In this document: piece by piece, positions 61,105 through 64,000 of the stretch
How the letters are laid out: each line of letters begins with the position of its first letter
Position numbering within the stretch: the first letter of the stretch is position 1
From: Chlorokybus atmophyticus
Lineage: Eukaryota; Plantae; Mesostigma and Chlorokybus algae
DNA: 64,000 nt
Reading direction: 5' to 3'
Assembly: GCA_009103225.1 (NCBI GenBank)
Contig: RHPI01000890.1
Span: 284,994-348,993 of the forward strand
The notes under the pieces: generated by a model
What the model was told of the DNA's origin: nothing
The model's database searches: none
The model's input: only the letters and a program-made list of their open reading frames with translations
Program-made: the position numbers and the translations under genes

Positions 61105-63675
61105 GTCGATGATGGATCGAATATCAGGCTTGATGGGCCTGGGTTCGATCAGGAGGCGGAGGACCAGGAGTCGGAGGAGGCGGCGGCGGCGTGGCACATC
61201 TTGCGAGAAGTTGTGGTCGTAAGAGTTCAAGCAGCGAAGCCAGCTACTACAGGTCGCCACGTCATGGATCATGGCAGGCGTCAGCAATGGGGCTGTCCAA
61301 CATGCATCACCAACATTGGACAAACCAGCAGGCAAGCCATTAAAGACCATCATCACACAGAGAGCTGCTTGGTGGCTCGCTTTCTGCAACAGGGAGTGGA
61401 TCAGAAGCTGCAGTCCTTGGAGCCCCTTGTCAGAACCATGTGGGACCAGTTGCGGCTGTGGGAACAAGCACAAAGGAATGCAGAGGTACGCTCAACAGTC
61501 ACATGCATTTCCTTGCAAGAGCAAATTATTTTTTAGCGCAGTCCATGTGATATATGTAGCGTGGCTGCAGGCCTCCACTATTCACCCATACCCACCCTAC
61601 AGTCAAGCCGACATTGCGGAAGCAAGATCAGATAGACAAAGCTGGGCGGCGGTATGTTGTTGCCAATCTCGCTGTGCATGTTGACTGCAATGTCGGCTCC
61701 AATGCATGCCTACCTTTCCATGCTAGGATGTGCGTGAGCGTGCGAAGTCGCGCGCGCGTGCCGAACGAAGTAGGCTGGGTTTGAGCACAGGAGCGCGTGG
61801 CCATTCGTCCGGCATTCAACCAATAGTGCATCAACCAGCAATGACGCAGTCCATGCAATCATTCGTGCATCAACCAGCAATGCCGCAGGTGACTGTTCGA
61901 AGCAACCAACTGATGACGGTGTGACGCAGTTGACTATTGCAATTGCAGTGTCGCAAGCATGCAGCTAACCCACATGTGATTGGTTGACAGCACCACAGTG
62001 CACTAAGTCCTGTTGGAGCTCCTATGCAAGCCTGGATTCAATCCCATCAACTGGTCCTTCAATCCCACTTGCTGATGGGCGCGGCGGCAATGCGGCATCA
62101 GTTTAACATGCATGTTGGCCTGTTGAATCCCGACATGTCCATTGGGGCAGTGGCGCATGATGTGCCCATGGCTCAAGAGCTCCGTGACGAGTCTGCCATG
62201 GAGGGTGGCGGGGAGAGTGCAGCCAATACCACCTTGTCAGCCCCCATGGCTTCCCCTGCTCCATGCAGCCCACGGGCCATTGAGGTAAGTCGCTGTCTTT
62301 TATGCTCGTGCCTTGGTAACAATGCGTCAGGCACTGCATAAGCTTATATTCGTCCTTTGCAACATTGTGAGCCATCTTATCCTGGGTCCTGTATACAGCC
62401 CCCCTTGCTGCATGCACAAGTGGTCTCACCTGCAGCTCCTGCTCCCCTCCCAGCCAGAGCGCAACCACCTTCCGCGGCACCAGTCCTTCGTGCACTGCCA
62501 TCTCCTCCACGAGCAGCACCGGTGATTGCGGGGCAACAATCCTTCTTGCCGCCACCGGCGAGACCACAGCACAATGCAACAACCGATGTGGCTTCTGCAC
62601 CTACCTTACCCCACCCGCTGCAAGTTGAAGCCGGCAGTCTGCCCCAAACTCAGGTACTTTATCAGTCACTGTGACTCTTGCCGTCCACAGTTGGACACAC
62701 CATGTGAGTGCTGTATGCGCATGCAGCAGGGGTCACCACCTGCCAGCGAGTCATCAGAGGAGCTGGCCGCAACCTGCATCCGGCCATCAGTCATGCTAGG
62801 TGGCCAGCTGGCCTCATGGGACCACTTCAATGCGCCAACGGATGGTAACTGCTTCTACCATTGTGTATTTCGCGCCAGGCCATCCATAGCGCAAAGTGTC
62901 CTGGATGATCACAAGTGCCCCAGCTCGAGCAGATTTTGGGCCATGCTGGACACCATCGACGACGACGGCAGGGGGCACACTCTCCGCAACATCACCGCTA
63001 AGGCTGTCGATGCAGGCGTGGCGAGCAGAATCCTAGACTTCTGCAGAGCCACTGGTGCCGCCGGAGAGATGGCGCAGTATTACGACAAACTGCCTGCGAC
63101 CATGTTGGCTGATATCAACTGCAACATTGACCTAATCATGGCCAAGGTGCGACAGATCGTGCGGAGAAAAGATGTGTACGTCGAGCACTTGCAGATGACC
63201 ATGTTTGCCAACAAGCTGGGCTTGTTGATTGGCTGCGTGACCGTTCAGCGCGAGCATGGGGAGTGGGTGCCACGGCCCGGCAGCGCAGTTTGGGTTGGAA
63301 ATAAAGAAGCCCCCAACTCAGTCCTGGTGGTGGGCAACACTGCTCCTGATGAGCCAGAAGCACACTTTTGGCTCCTCAAGCCTGCAAGCACCGAACAGTG
63401 GTCGTGGCCTATGCATGAAGTGCCACCGGAGGTAACACACCTGATCGGAGAGTGGCGGCATGGCGTTGCCAATTCCCCGCTACCACCGGCTGTGACCCAG
63501 AGTGCTGCGCCAATGCCTCAGGCCTCGCCTTCGTGTGCTAGGCAAGAAGTAGCCGAGTGTTCTGCACATCCTGCCTCCCCTCAACCACAGCCACATGCTC
63601 GCAATCCCAATTCAGCACCCTCCCTTCCTGCCGCGGAGACTCACTTGCCACCGCACTCTGACCATCCGGAGGCAT
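61105..63675 (+). CDS. Multi-exon gene with a zinc-finger-like exon, Pro-rich linker and OTU-like cysteine protease domain; runs into telomeric repeats
   Basis: ORF 62526-63680 has FNAPTDGNCFYHCV (OTU D-G-N-C catalytic motif) and a downstream EAHFWLL. Upstream exon has CPTC...HHH...C. No stop before the N/TTAGGG junction. Confidence 0.55.
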
Positions 63676-63676
63676 N

Positions 63677-63820
63677 TTAGGGTTAGGGTTAGGGTTAGGG
63701 TTAGGGTTAGGGTTAGGGTTAGGGTTAGGGTTAGGGTTAGGGTTAGGGTTAGGGTTAGGGTTAGGGTTAGGGTTAGGGTTAGGGTTAGGGTTAGGGTTAG
63801 GGTTAGGGTTAGGGTTAGGG
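63677..63820 (+). repeat. Telomeric repeat array (TTAGGG)24
   Basis: 144 bp of perfect TTAGGG preceded by a single N at 63676. Confidence 0.98.
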
Positions 63821-63924
63821 GTACTTGGAGGAACGGGAGGCAACCAACAAGCGCAAGGCTGTGGAGCAAAAAGATAACGCCTTACCTCCTCTGAGTGACA
63901 GTGCCACGGAGAGCGCCACCAGGA

Positions 63925-64000
63925 TTAGGGTTAGGGTTAGGGTTAGGGTTAGGGTTAGGGTTAGGGTTAGGGTTAGGGTTAGGGTTAGGGTTAGGGTTAG
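63925..64000 (+). repeat. Telomeric repeat array (TTAGGG)n running to the window end
   Basis: Perfect TTAGGG, G-rich strand oriented toward the right end. Confidence 0.98.

Noticed and set aside
63538-63894. PN, RV and LT dipeptide-repeat ORFs
   Set aside because: Translations of the TTAGGG array.

Overview
Eukaryotic nuclear DNA with many short spliceosomal introns, ending in (TTAGGG)n at the right edge, so probably a subtelomere. A plastid-targeted CP12-like gene and a canonical RLK/Pelle receptor kinase point to a green alga, most likely an early streptophyte (inference). Host genes in the middle: IMP1 peptidase, GH27 alpha-galactosidase with a C-terminal TM helix, a tandem CP12-like protein lacking the canonical Cys pairs, an LRR/C-type-lectin x2/WSC receptor kinase, a CIR1/Cir_N zinc-knuckle protein and a C-terminal CBM48-type protein. 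Both ends are rich in mobile DNA: a dead pogo/Tigger element with TIRs and TA TSD, two decayed Penelope-like RTs head-to-head, a CRE-like RLE tail, a 5'-truncated Ty3/gypsy pol, and an apparently near-intact 8.7-kb AcademX-type DNA transposon (15-bp perfect TIR, GTTT TSD, spliced DDE transposase-XPG nuclease-Cys cluster gene). An OTU-like gene runs into the telomeric repeats. Non-coding structure includes a perfect 81-bp palindrome, a 54-bp hairpin family, dispersed GGACC-N6-GGTCC arrays, a 53-bp tandem array and a tRNA-like A/B-box element. Three N-gaps, single Ns and poly-G/C runs limit some junction calls. All family assignments rest on motif recognition by eye, not database searches.
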